Below are positions 12,801 through 26,520 of a stretch of DNA of 64,000 nt, one piece after another. The notes under the pieces are model-generated. The model worked only from the letters and a program-made list of their open reading frames with translations. It had not been told where the DNA came from and made no database searches. The stretch spans positions 6,119,929 through 6,183,928 of the forward strand of contig OZ037769.1 in assembly GCA_964035545.1 (NCBI GenBank), in the 5' to 3' direction. The stretch is from Bugula neritina. Taxonomy: Eukaryota; Animalia; Bryozoa. Each line of letters starts with the position of its first letter. The stretch's first letter is position 1. Made by a program: the position numbers and the translations under genes.

Positions 12801-15800
12801 TTCTCTGTCATCATCTGGTGCCACAGCTGCTGACAAAGACTCAGTGTCAGCGATAGCAGTGGGCGCCGAGAGAGTGCTATTGGAAGAGATGGGAACTGCT
12901 GCTGTCTGCTCCACTGGTGATGCCGCAGCAGCAGGCAGAGTTGGTTCAGGGTCAGCCACAACTTCCGGCTGATTCCTGGAACTGAGTTCCGCTGGCAGCT
13001 CCTCACTCTCCCAGTCATCTGAAAGGAGTACAACTAGACACTACATCTTCTGGAATAATCTGCTCAGATGGTAGAGGTGAAAACATGGACATTAAAACTC
13101 AGTCCAATGAAATATAATTATAAACACAACTAATGGCTAAGTTCAAAATTAGTAACTTTCAGATTGCAACTGCAAAATAAAATTAACAGACGTGAACAAA
13201 AACATAAATTATTTCTAAAAACGTCGATTAAAATCTTTTTTTTTTGGTATATATTTTCAAGTGTATTCATGACCACATTGTATGACACACAAACTAAATC
13301 AAACATTCTCTAAAACGTGATTGTTTAGTCTATTAGAGCTGTAGCAGAGAAATTTGAAAATTGTGGGACAAAATCACAGATAACAAAATCTCTACATGAA
13401 ACCAGCAAAAGCCTACACTCGCTATTTACCACTGTATGCTGCAAAATGGAAACATTGAATTAGAGAGGTAAAACATATAATAGTTGAAGATATTTAGGAT
13501 GACGACTTTTTACAGGTGAGTCATTATATCTAAGAGCATAATTGAATTATTTGCCAATCAGAAGTAGACAACTCTGAGGCTTAAATAGAAATGCTTCAAA
13601 TGACAAGTGACTGCAAATTCTTATATAACAAGCGCCGCGATGATGTTTGCACCAATACAAAACTAAATGGGATTAGTACAAGAAAATGAGATATTTAAAA
13701 ATTAAAAAATCATGAAAATATAACAAATGCTTCCTTTACACACTCACTAAAAACAGCTTAGATATGGATGCTGAATACTTGTATAAAATATCTCCAGCAT
13801 ATCACATACCTTCCCAGTCCTGCTCAGAATTTTCTAGTTTCAGTTGATCAGCCCTCTTCTTGAGGTCACTCTTTCTCAACTCATCCTGGTTGAGCTGGTA
13901 GACCTTGTAGAAGTACCTTTCCCAGAAGTCAGCGTGAGTCACAGCAGACGGCACCTGTGCACACGACAGTCTGACTGAATTCATTACAACTTGAGATCAA
14001 CAGCTGCAACCAGCGTGTAATCAGAGAACAGCTCTGAGTGTATATATATACCAAGTAGAAAGAATTCAAAGACTTGAAAATTGTTTATTATGATATTTTG
14101 GTTTTAGAGATATTCTTAACAACTAAAACTATCATTTACTTTCCAGTGGATGCCCTCAATTCCTTTATTGTGGTTACTCCTACGTTTGCACATTATTGTA
14201 AGTGTGATAGCTGTGAATACATGAATGAGCTACTGCTCGCTGATCACAGCGTCAATCTTTCAAAAATATAAATATCTCTCTTTGTTTCACATTATAAGTT
14301 TATTCAACAAAAATTTGTAAATAGGTAAAGGAGTTGATAAAATGTGTTTGTAACTCAACAATGTTGAACTGAAAACCTAGAGCTGAAATATAAGAGTGGA
14401 AAGACAATTTCCCATTTCTGGAAAAACTGAAAGTAACAAAAGTTACAACTTCCTATCAGTGAGCATCTCTACACTACACAGCATGTTCATAGCATATACT
14501 ATAGTAGACAGCAGCTTTTAGTTAGCAATAATCTCCTACTACTCAAAAGCAGCTTGGCAGCGGTTGATAAAATCTAAATAGTATCATCGTTACAGTCAGA
14601 TATTGATTAGAATCATTATTCTATATTAGATGTACTTTATAGGATGCTCCAACCCCCCCCCCCTCACAAACACCCTGGCTCTAAGAGAAACCCAAGAGTC
14701 AATACTAATACTAATACTAATTGATTTAGAGAACATCTGGCGGTAAGTAAAGTGATACAACAAGAGAATCTCACCAGCTTTGTATAGATACTTCTCACTT
14801 CATTCACAGACACGAGCAGATCTGAAATCTCCCCTTTCTTAGCTTCAAGGTCAAAGGTTGACTTCCAGGTGTCAAACTGGTCCTGAGGCCCATCTGGGTC
14901 AGTACAGTAGGTCTGAGGGGAGGTTTGGATCTCAAACAGTCGTGCCTGGGAAAGATTTGCCATACAACATTCAGTTATAACATCTTTTGTTCCGGTTGCA
15001 ACAAAGCCTGTGCCACAATATGTTTCACTTTGATGTGGACGTGATGCTTTGTTGGAATAAAAAAATAGATTTGGTAGCAGTGCAACGTCTAAATTAAAAG
15101 ATTTGAAAACTACTGGGCTGCAGCACCTTTCATTATTATAGTGAGAGGCTAAGACACTGTTATTATAACAGAAAATCTGCCTGGAAATGCTACAACTTTA
15201 GCAGATTCTATTGCAATGCTTTTCAAATTTCATAAAATAATACTTCAGTTACCAAAAATATTCCACTGATATAATATGATAGACAGACTGGTTTCAAAAA
15301 AATATTCTATCAGTCACCTCTAAGATATTTGTAATGATATAAATTATGTTTGTTTGACAAGTATTTTGATACAAAATTTAACTGATTGTTTGATTTATAA
15401 CCGAGTTACAAATAAAAAATAATGATATTGAGTGAGGTGAAGCAAGACTGCATAATCGTAACCAACGATAAGGGAGAGAAAGCGCCTTCACACGTATAAT
15501 ATAAAGTAGCTAAACATTAATCAACTGACCTTCGCTTTGTCAAACACCTCTAAGCTGCCCCCTGAAGTCACACGCAGTACATCCACCTCCTCGTCATCTT
15601 CAGGAGGAATAGTCAAAGCCTTGGTTATACCACCCAAGAGATCAGTGAGGCCTTTCTTCACCATCTTAGTAGCTGCACTTGTCCCATCCTCTCCAGTATT
15701 CTGTAAGCAATCGGTACCATCAGTGTTCAGGTGTCAATTATATGGAGCCACATCTGCTCCACTCATACTTGAAAACACAACATTTTAACGCGCTTTGGAG

Positions 15801-18364
15801 CTTTTTGTGCTTCTTAAACTTTACATTTTCAAGATATTTTGAAACAGGAATTAAAACACCCTATTATACTGAATCGCCATTCGTGTAAACTTAAATAAGT
15901 GTTAAGTGTGTGATTGGTAATATTTACTAAAGAGTTACAGTAAGTAAACATTCCTTGATTTTCAAAGTAAGTCATTTACATTCTAAGAAAAATTATAACT
16001 GCCAATAATCAAGATACATAATTTCAGACAAATTTTATAAAATAAAACTATCATATGCTCTCAAATGATAATAAAATCAAGTTTAAAAATCTACATGTAC
16101 TAGAGTTTAAACATCAACAACAGCTACAGTGTTTAGTGACAATGTTAAGAAGACAAATTTTTATTTAGCACACTTAGACCAACCACTAGACTGAAAGCAA
16201 ATCATTTTAAACACGTACCACCACTTAAATAAAGAATCACAATAAACACTCTAGTAACTGTTTATCCACCAGCAGATTCTACTAAGAGCTCAACAGAACA
16301 CAAACCTGCAGTGAGCCCTGAAGTCTTTCTGTAGTATTTGAAACGACGGCAGATGCATCCTGGGAGCAGACGGTTGTGAACTCACTCAGGTCGTGCTTTA
16401 TAAGCTCCAATGTCTGTGCAGACTTTAGCAACAAATAACAAGTATATTATTAGATAATAGTTCACAAGTCCTGTACCAGAATCACATGACGCAACCTTTT
16501 TATTAACTTGCATCTTCAATACATTACACATATTAATTTAGTAAAACAGGTATGGCTGCTGGAGTTCCATGTGCAGTTACATGCATATAATATATGACCG
16601 TGTATTATGAACTGATATATTCTAAGTTAAACTGAGAGAACTTTAAATAAAAACTACACAAAACCTGTTTCACTTACTTTCTCTTTAGCCGCTTGTAGCC
16701 AGTCTCCCCACCAGTTACCTGAGCTGCTACAAAGTGAGAACATCAGTAAAGAATAAATTATGTGTGAAAATCTACTTTAGCAAACAACTAGATCTAAATA
16801 TAAACATCTAATAGTACAAATGCTAGTATATATAAATGTATATAAACAATAGGTTGCCTCTAAATACAAAGGAACAGATGTGAGCTAGATATTCGAGCGG
16901 TGACCTAGAGTGTAATATGACATGAATTTGAATCTCTGCATGGTCTTTTGTGATGTCTTAAGAGCATCCAGAGTAAATTGCTACAGTTTAACAGCTTACA
17001 CAGCCCTTAACTCGTTGAAAAAGACCCTTGCCACCAGGGGGGGAGGGTCCTTCCAAACATGGAGACTTTAAACACACAAATATTTGCCATTATAATTTCA
17101 ACTATTGCAATTATACTTTACTAATAATATTTATTATTTTGCCAATACTATTTTATGATTGTATTATAATAACTATATAAAAAGGACATTCTCCTAATGA
17201 GTCAACAACGTATAGAATTATAGTAACAGAAATGATAATCATATTATGTATATAAATATGATGAAAACATATTACGTTATATTCCAAATTTCAGTATTGC
17301 ACAACATTTGCTCCCCAAAGAATAGGTATAACAATATTTATAAAGTTTATGGTGAGGTATGGTCAGTGTGAGGATGAGCCATAAGAGAGAAATGGGGGAG
17401 AAGAGGATTTTGTACAGTGCGAGTGTTTTGCCAAATAATGGATAGGAGGGGATTGACGAGTAAGAGTGTTTATCATATCTATACTATATTATTATATAAT
17501 AATATTAATTATAATTATAATAAGCATGGTTATAATGTTAAATTTAGCAAAAAGTTAATAAAGTTGTAAACTAAAATGACAACTCATAGTGATAGTAATA
17601 CCAATGAGAAATAATTATGATTATCATATTAATACTATCAGTATCATAAATATAATGATAATCAAAATAACTATCACTTATGTCTTTTCAGTATGAGTAT
17701 CACTATGGCAGTATGACTATGAGTATGCCGATGAGTCTATCAGTATGAGTATCAGTAAAATTATAAGCCTTAATCTAAATCTATCAGTATCAGTATGAGT
17801 ACCACATTCAGTCTATACTCTATGACTATCAAGATGAGTATCAGTGTGACTAGTAAGAATACTAAAGTAATACTAATAGTGATAGTCAGACTAAAACTCA
17901 GACTATCACTATGACTATGAGTATCAGTATGTCTAGAATTATTTATATATATAAGTATACTCAGTACTCAGGCTATAACTATAAGTATAAATATAAGTAT
18001 AAGTATACTGTATAAATATAATTATATAATATATTAACATTATTATTATATAATATATTATAACATTTACAAATACATGTCTATGACTATGAGTTATACT
18101 TCTTGACTAAAATTATTATTATTTAGCATAGTAATATTAATAGAGTATGTCGCAAGTATAGTATAAGTGTCAGTGATAACATTAACTGATAATATTAATT
18201 CAAATTAATAAGTAGCTTAGAGTTAGAGTTAGTATCACTATCAGTATGACTATCAGTATGAGTATGACTTGAGTATCAATACGAATATGACTAGTTTAAT
18301 TTTATAAGCATCAGAAGATTAACATAAGCATGTGTTAAGAATAGTTATAATACCTTTCTGCCAT
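9892..18364 (-). CDS. BSDC1: BSD domain-containing protein 1, 10 exons, ~570 aa
   Basis: Exons (minus): 18364-18354, 16726-16678, 16422-16306, 15700-15530, 14945-14775, 13954-13810, 13018-12347, 12116-11877, 11252-11158, 9933-9892; total 1713 nt. N-terminus MAESSSGNWWGDWLQAAKEKSAQTLELIKHDLSEF, BSD core ARLFEIQTSPQTYC...IYTKLVPSAVTHADFWERYFYKV and acidic C-terminus DDDWESWE* all match BSDC1. Confidence 0.93.
10437..11152. repeat. 13-bp minisatellite (~55 copies) starting directly after the BSDC1 exon 9 donor
   Basis: Units atagaatagatac / -gatgc / -gacac; distal copies gatacacacagtg. Minus strand reads AAG|gtgagc followed at once by the array. Confidence 0.95.
11255..11555. repeat. 38-bp tandem repeat (~8 copies) abutting the BSDC1 exon 9 acceptor
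   Basis: Unit tagtacacctagtcatacaatgtgtccttactagtaac; on the minus strand the array ends in ggtgtactgttacag|exon. Confidence 0.9.
12411..12697 (-). repeat. Coding 27-bp tandem repeat (~10-11 copies, V[E/K]TTP[A/V][T/A]SA) in BSDC1 exon 7
   Basis: In-frame 9-aa repeat visible in ORF 12270..12959. Confidence 0.92.
16870..17065 (+). mobile_element. Possible degenerate SINE remnant in BSDC1 intron 1
   Basis: Locally GC-richer segment with a weak B-box-like tttgaatct followed by tgatgtcttaagagcatccagagtaaattgct, reminiscent of conserved SINE core domains. Recognition only. Confidence 0.25.
17590..18300. repeat. Degenerate hexamer low-complexity tract (actatc/agtatg/agtatc) in BSDC1 intron 1
   Basis: Many imperfect copies such as actatcagtatgagtatcagtatg. 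Confidence 0.7.
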
Positions 18365-18496
18365 TTTGCTTGCTTTTTTAGCTCCAAAATAAGCGTGATA
18401 ACTAACCAATCTAAAAGATCATAACTGCATTTACATAATGATTATAACATCAAATTGACAATTTTCATCAATTATAAATTACGAAAGTTTCACAGA

Positions 18497-18506
18497 TTCC
18501 GGAAGT
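18497..18506. promoter_or_regulatory. ETS-family motif (TTCCGGAAGT) in the BSDC1 proximal promoter
   Basis: CCGGAAGT at 18499-18506, ~135 nt upstream of the BSDC1 ATG; typical housekeeping-promoter element. Confidence 0.55.
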
Positions 18507-19593
18507 CAACATTTGCTAGTCTTTAAACCAATACTCCCAACTTAGTTAGATAAATTGGTTTTAAATTTTTTGTAAAATAGCAACAATTTATTAATTAAAA
18601 CAGTATTCAATTAAATTCTATCAAAATGTTTTCATTTCTCTTATCTTTAAAATAGTATTTTTCACATTTGTTTTGAAACTATGAGTGCTGAAAAGATAAC
18701 TCCTTATTTTGCACTGTGTATTATTTCTCATTATATTTTTATTACACGGCTGAGTGCATTATCATCAAAAAAAGAAAAATATACTATAATGGGAGTTATT
18801 TTAAATTTTTATGCAGAGTGTGAGCATGTTTGAGCATCAGTATCTACAAGTTTTGGCAGCCTCTTCCATTATAGAAGCATTGAGTTAACTGTAAAATATT
18901 GCTAGCCTACCAATACCTAGTAATATTTAGGCCAATGGCAATAATGCTGTGCAGCAGTCTTGATAAAGTGATTAATTTGGTACAATTGCTAATCATTAGC
19001 TTGCTACTAGAGTTTTAGTCGCACATTCAAAAACAAAATTTAAAAAACACTATCAAGTGGGGTTCTCATAAAAATTTTAAAGCAAAAGTTAATTTTTAGA
19101 AAACTTCAAAACTCACTAGCATGTAGCACCTTTTAATTATACAATCTCACAGCTTGTGATAAATTATTTAAGTATCACATCACATTATGATACAATTATC
19201 ATATAAGTTGCTGTTTATTGAAATCATATAATTAATATTGTATTTTAGGCATCTTTATGATTTAATTTGTGTAATTCTCTGTAGTACCTATACTAGCTCA
19301 TATCGTTTAATGATCACGGTATTATAAACTCATATTTTACCAAGATTATTTCTAAATAAAGTTCAACAATTAAATCAATTTTTTTGAAAAGTCTACAAAT
19401 CTGAACAATGTTTGTATATTTTATATTCTTTCAATAAAAAAATATTATGTTGCATAATGAACTCCAAGAATTTAGCAATCTTGGAAAATAAACATTTTTG
19501 TAATACTTGAAATTCTGAAACTGTTTAGCTGCTGTTAGAAAGAGCTGCTGTTGAATTCTACTTAACATTACACACAGCACACACAGTTTCACT

Positions 19594-22500
19594 ATGGGAC
19601 CTTACTCATCTGGCTCTGGTGCCTGCAACAGTATTAATGGTAGCAATTCTGGTAAATCAGCCAGTAATAGTAAGTTAACTCATTTAGAATAAATTCACTT
19701 TTATTTTGCATAAATTAATGTAATACATATATGTTATATATACATACAGATATGCAATTTTTCATCGATTAGTAAATTATACATTTGATTTTTACACCAG
19801 TAAATTCAATGAGCATATACTATGATTTTAATACACTAAGCACACATATTATTATATAATATTGTCTTATTTATTGTACATAAAATGGCTTGTAGCGTTT
19901 TGAAAGCACAGTTGATTATAGCCCATAGGCTGTTATTAACTGATTGATATAAGTTAGTATAGCAGACAGAATAAAAAATTGTATTATAATGTTTTAATAT
20001 ATTATTTCAAATTATAAGGTTTTATTATGGTTAATTATATACATAGCATACCATGTTATTAACTGAAGCTGAACATTTTGTACCTAATTTTATGAAATAG
20101 TAAACTTTGTACAAGAATATATTATCCCCTGTTAAATTTTCATTCTCTTTTTCATTCAAAGGTATTGGTTTTTGTTTATATACTCAATAGAGGCTTTTCA
20201 CAAGCCCTCTGGGGACATTTGTATTTTGAAGTTGTCTCCTCCCAGAAGGGCGAAGTGTAGTCTCCATGATATATAGAACAAGCACATAAAATCAGTAGAA
20301 ATTTAAGGTTTGTGGGAAGACTATTGCTAGTACAAGTTTCATTTTTTCTGAGATTAATATTTTGGCATAAGCACACAGGTTAGCAGTTCCAGAAAAATTT
20401 TAAAAATTTTCTTTCTTCAACAATCTTGAGAAAAATTAACTTCAAAGCATGTTTGTGGTTTTGGTTACTGCACGAGCAAGCTGAATTGGCAACTATGAGA
20501 TAAGTCCCATTAATCAGTTGTTATGCTGGCTGTCATATTCAATTTATAGCTGTTGACCTTTCAACTCTTTGGTCGGAATGTGCTGTTAACACAGTGTTAG
20601 ACCACTGCTACTCTGCTAGTGCACTGAATAAGACAGCAGATTAGCTGTGTTAGCATTTTCATTACACTTACGCACTTATGCTATGATAATAGCTAGACTA
20701 TAACCTCAACATCCATCATTTTCACAAAAAGCATTTTCACAAAGCTATAGATATATATTAAATAGACAGATTAAATTTGTAGTATCAAAATGATGCGTGA
20801 TAGCATGTGCACTTAATTACACTTTGAAGAGTTTGTGCTACATTATGTTCAAAGGACCGAAAATGCTTTACATAGTTTCATGTTATGGCTAAAACTTCTT
20901 TAAAAGAAAAATATTACCAAGAAAAGCAAAGCTCAGTTTATGCAAAAATTTATTAAAAACACTTTATATTTAGGCAGGCATCTTTTCATTCAGTATCGAT
21001 CCATCTTGAAATATTTTGTCTACCCTATATCTTCATTGCATATTTTACAACAGGTCTAATAGTTTTATTTAAAAGATTTAATTGAAATGTTATACTTGAT
21101 TTTAACTTACATATCCTCGCGCATGCCTATTTTAAGATAATAGCTGTAATATTCTAATTGGTGCTGTCGTGACTTATAGCCAACCTCTAAACTTTTATGT
21201 CATTCAAATATGAGTCTCAAATTTAAGAAAGGCTTTATATTTTATAACATTTTGTGACCTATGGGATCAGCCAAGCTAGTTGTATAATTGCAGTTGAGTG
21301 TCAATAACACTAGCTCATGATATTTGAAGCATGAGAAGTTGAGGAGCTATAACATTAAACAGTCTAACTGAAAATCCAAGCAAAATGTTAATAACCCAAT
21401 TTTATCAACATGCTTTCACTGCTTCACTTGTAAGAATCTGCTTAATAGGCTACTTTTCAACCAGAATTTCCTTCTAAAGTAATTTTCAGAGAATTCAGTT
21501 TATGCTGCAATTTGATGAGTTGGGAAACTTGGGTTTTCAGGTGCAGTAGTGATTAGATTAGTTTACCTATTTTATATTGTATATCCATTTTATTATATAA
21601 CTATACTTTAACCTACCATACATTAACTAGGATCTTGAATCTACCGCAGTTGACGGCGATGACTACTACACACAAGGTAGATGCAGTACTAATGGAGAAA
21701 TTGGGAAAAGCCTTTTTTCTAGATTAGAAATGTAGCAAAAAAGTTGTGTTATACGCAACACCAACATTTGTAAAGAAAGTTAAAGAACTTAGGCTATCTC
21801 AATTTCTTCACTACTGCATGCTCCTAAATGCTACAAGCCACAGGCATAATTAAGAAATAACAAAGCTGTAACACAAGGGCCCGAATGCCAACTGCTAAAA
21901 GACTATCTCGGTTTTTGATTAAATTATCTAGATATATATTTATTTGAGCACAATTGTTACAATTGCCATAGATGCATTTAAGCTGTATTAGATAATTAAC
22001 CGACATGTGTCAAAGCACATTTCATATTCGTTCTATACTACAAATTTAATCTGTCTATTTAATATATATCTATAGCTTTGTGAAAATGCTTTTTGTGAAA
22101 ATGATGGATGTTGAGGTTATAGTCTAGCTATTATCATAGCATAAGTGCGTAAGTGTAATGAAAATGCTAACACAGCTAATCTGCTGTCTTATTCAGTGCA
22201 CTAGCAGAGTAGCAGTGGTCTAACACTGTGTCAACAGCACATTCCGACCAAAGAGTTGAAAGGTCAACAGCTATAAATTGAATATGACAGCCAGCATAAC
22301 AACTGATTAATGGGACTTATCTCATAGTTGCCAATTCAGCTTGCTCGCGCAGTAACCAAAACCACAAACATGCTTTGAAGTTAATTTTTCTCAAGATTGT
22401 TGAAGAAAGAAAATTTTTAAATTTTTTCTGGAACTGCTAACCTGTGTGCTTATGCCAAAATATTAATCTCAGAAAAAATGAAACTTGTACTAGCAATAGT

Positions 22501-24124
22501 CTTCCCACAAACCTTAAATTTCTACTGATTTTATGTGCTTGTTCTATATATCATGGAGACTACACTTCGCCCTTCTGGGAGGAGACAACTTCAAAATACA
22601 AATGTCCCCAGAGGGCTTGTGAAAAGCCTCTATTGGTAGATTTATTACTAGCATATATAAAAATACAGACATTTACGTTGTAGAGACAATATAGTTTATA
22701 TCAATGGCACTTTGATGCAACTAAAATTTGTGTACATTTATAAATGTAAACCCTATATATCTTATCATTTCAAATATGAACAACACAGCCACGACTGCTA
22801 TCTATATAATTATTTCAATATATTATATTACTTTTAAGCTAGAAACATTTCTGCATACTAATCCTATTGGATGACAGCTAGTGTGTTGCTTAGTAACAAG
22901 TAATTCTTTTCTTCTGAAGGTTATTCGGCCTCAAAATCTCGCTCTGGTAGTGTCAACAGTACCCCCTCATTAAGCTCCCAGGCTAGCTCCTATAAATCTC
23001 TGGCTCACAGGCTAAACAATCACAGAAGTAAGCTGTTTCATCAAGTCTAATATCTCAATTTGCTATTGAAAATTAGTAAAAGAAAATTCAACATTCCAGC
23101 ATAACATTGTTAATGAAAAATATTTCTGGTTAATGCTAATTTATGAGAGTGCGTGTGTGCCCGTGTGTTTATATAAATTAGTATTAACCAGAATTATTTG
23201 TCACCAATAGTTATAATTTACTTCTTATTATAGATTTTTAGAATTTTAATATTTTTATAGTCTATATATTTGAGATTATTTGTAGACCCACAATGCCTGC
23301 CGCCGCATGTTCTATACTACCTCAGCTACAATGAGAACTATTTACCTGCTTACTATAAACTAATGGAGAGGTACATCATGAGTCATTCAATGATGCCTCC
23401 GGAGTGTATAGAGCCATTTCTCTCTCAGCCAGCCGGTGGCCCTCCTCCACCTCCCTCTGTCCGGCCTCCTTCTGGTAAAAGTTCTCGCAGCAGCAGCAGA
23501 CGGAGTAGTTATGTGAGTTTATAGGTTCACCATGCATATGCTGCCTTATACCATATACTCATAGTATGTTTTTCTATCTCATGCTTACTTATACTATATA
23601 CTCATTATATATAGCTATGCATATATGTACTGACTATTATATACTCATGATAATATATAGCCACATATATTACGAGTATAATTATACTGAAATACATGTA
23701 TATATATACTCATATGCTGTAAACAGCAATCATGGCTTCAACCTGAATAGAATAACATTGAATGGTGGATTTCTTTACTACTTTAAGTCAACAAAACATT
23801 ATGTCTTCTTCAACAAAATAAAATATTTATACTTGATCTGAAGATTGTAGAAAACTCACTGTAATAATTGTGCATTATCAGCGAAATGCTAGAACAAAAT
23901 ATTTTGATATATACTTTAATTTTTTACAGTCAACTAAACTAACATTTTCAGTGAGATTTATAGTCAGATGATAGCAAATTAAAATTATAAAATAAAATTA
24001 TATTTATATACTACTGTAAGTCCTCATACACACATGCATACATATATGTAGTTATATTTGAAGGAAGACAACTCTATATAATAGTATAATTGTATTTATT
24101 GTCTTTTTGTTTTAGTCGAGCTGA
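19594..24124 (+). CDS. Orphan small gene A: Ser/Gly-rich, Tyr-rich, Pro/Ser-Arg tail, ~140-150 aa
   Basis: Exons 19594-19669 (MGPYSSGSGACNSINGSNSGKSASN, phase-1 gtaagt), optional 21650-21676 (IDGDDYYTQ), 22920-23027 (YSASKSRSGSVNSTPSLSSQASSYKSLAHRLNNHR), 23286-23512 (NPQCLPPHVLYYLSYNENYLPAYYKLMERY...SRSSSRRSSY). It then either splices via gtgagt to 24116-24124 (SS*) or reads through to the stop at 23524. All phases are compatible. Confidence 0.6.
20185..20785 (+). repeat. Left arm of a 601-bp inverted repeat
   Basis: Reverse complement of 22035-22635 with about 3 mismatches seen; explains the twin ORFs 20176..20376(-) and 22444..22683(+). Confidence 0.95.
22035..22635 (-). repeat. Right arm of the 601-bp inverted repeat
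   Basis: Pairs with 20185-20785 across a 1249-bp spacer. Confidence 0.95.
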
Positions 24125-26341
24125 TTGGCTGATGAATTAAAGCATTATTAGTAAAGATTGGTTCATATACATGGAATGATTATAGCAGGGCTATAAGTAA
24201 TGTACAGGATGTTGTGAACCTGTTTTAATTTTTCTCCAACTGTTTTTATTTTCGTTGAATCTTGTAACAACAAATAAACTATGCAATAAAAGATTAAATA
24301 AAAACCTTTAAAATCTGTTTGTTTCTCTAAGATTTGAAATTGTATTTGTGCAATGCAGAACATATATAAGCTATACATCACACCTTTATGCAACACTTAT
24401 TAGCATCAACAATTTACATTTGTAATTTTACTGGATCTATCCTGTATATACATGCATACAAATGACATTGTTATTTTCATATCTACATGTCACTATATTA
24501 TAGTATTGCTAGCTCTCCTATTTAGTTAGTTTATATTTGTGCTGAGCTGAGGTGGTGTCACTAGAATTTTGAAAATTGGAGTCATTTACTCTCAGGTGAA
24601 TAAATTGCACCACAGGTACTATTACTTTACACCTGCATAATATGATTATATAGCTTAAACTATAGCTTTACAAATTTATTTGTATTAAATGAATAGGTCT
24701 CAATAATTATCCATAACCTTCTTACATAGCTGCAGTTCTCAAAAAGACTGTAATTAAAATATGTAATGCATGTACCAAAAAGGCCTCCCAGCTGATATAA
24801 TTGACAATATGGGACCCAAAGCTACAAGTCACAAACACCTGTTAATCTAATCATAAGCCCTGCATGACTCATATTACCTCATGTAGCTGGAATTACCAGT
24901 CATTTGCCATCTGTTTATTGGAAATATACTAGTTGCAGCTTCCAGCTTAGCTTATGCAATATACAGTGTACACCGGTACAAAATTTATATAACATACCAT
25001 TGCAATGATAATCATTCTACTTGATATACAATGTGCCTATGTTATATACATAATTATTTCTGTTTGCAATTAGGAATTTCAACAGGGCAGTCACATTGTT
25101 TACGCACCGCCATGAAAACATAATTTTCTTGCCACTCACCTCTAAAAGAATTCAAAGTTTATTATCAGCTGGTCTGATTGCAGTATGGAGTAAATCCTCT
25201 CCCATTAAAATATTTTAAAAGATTTTGAAATAATATATTATACAAGCACTATTTAGAAGTCATGTCTTCTCAAAGTTCCAGCTCAGGTTGGTGGTTTTTA
25301 TCTAGTTGTTTTCTTATTGCACATCAACATTGTTACTGTAAATGTAACTTTTACAAAAAATTATTTTTTTTTTATTTTTTCATTACTAGAAATTACTATA
25401 ATTTTCATGTAATTTAATCTGTTTTATCCAGTTTAGCAGGTATTGCAAGATATTAAATCTTTTTTGATTACAACATTTTAGTAAATTGAGTTGGCCTACT
25501 TTCACCTTTTACTTTAATATAAGGTTCATATGCCTAATGACTGTTTTTAACTGTTTGTTGTTGAACTAGCATATAATACAATGTAAATTAGGTAAAACAT
25601 TATCTGAAGTAGTAATTGTTTGATATAAATAAACTATTAACTGTACTCGTCAACTTGCCCTACTAGACTGTTTAAAGACATTTATGCAGTTTTTCACCAT
25701 TTATCCCGTTGAACAAAAATTCATACTCTTGTATGTAGACTTTATATATATTATTATGTGCTCACAATAAGTTGCAAAGAATTTTAATATGTGTTGAAAG
25801 CAATCACATTAGGAACTGCAGCAAGTTAAAACAGCTGCTATTATTAGGTGTACTTAAAGCTGTACCCAGTTATATAATGCATGCAGAAAAAAATTGTTTA
25901 AATTATAATAAAGTTGTATAAACACTAAAGACAATAGTATTATATTCTAGTATTATTATTATTTTAAAATTTGCAAATTACCTACAACATTATTATGAAT
26001 ATCAATATTAATATACTGATAGTAATAGTAAATGTTATAATACTAATACATACTCAAACTTAAAGAATCCTGAACACACATGATTTATGCAGTATTAAAA
26101 TATTCATAATATATCTTAGCTATCATATACAGACTGTTTGAGATTTGTATACTCAAAAAATTTTGGTTTATAATAAAATTCGTTCCAACACATCTTGAAT
26201 TAAATTGGGATTTCTGATTGCTTGCTTATGATGTCCATGGTACAGTAGGATTAATCTAATTATTGCTGACTTTCATTGCATACCTTTCGTTGCTGCTACA
26301 GCACACAACTTGATCACTGAACTGGCCTGAATGTTTAGCTA

Positions 26342-26356
26342 ATATATATATATTCA

Positions 26357-26422
<66 letters not shown>
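26342..26422. repeat. (TA)n microsatellite
   Basis: Long TA run with small interruptions. Confidence 0.95.
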
Positions 26423-26423
<1 letters not shown>

Positions 26424-26520
26424 ATCAATATTTTTATGCTGAATATACATGTTTGTCAGAGATTCTCTAACTACAGTACAAACACAGACACAAGTATACA
26501 GTAGTTTATTGTTCTACCAG

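Noticed and set aside
12405-12856. Plus-strand Cys-rich ORF (RSCLHSTC repeats) and companions
   Set aside because: Antisense readings of the BSDC1 coding repeat
20185-22635. Autonomous TIR DNA transposon
   Set aside because: No transposase ORF in the spacer and no target-site duplication found; a non-autonomous foldback origin is not excluded
20176-22683. Twin ORFs MCLCQNINLRKNETC... on opposite strands
   Set aside because: By-product of the inverted repeat; non-ATG start and no splice or composition support
23566-23841. 91-aa Tyr/Ile-rich ORF next to gene A
   Set aside because: AT-rich low-complexity sequence (tatactcat repeats) inside the predicted last intron or 3' UTR of gene A
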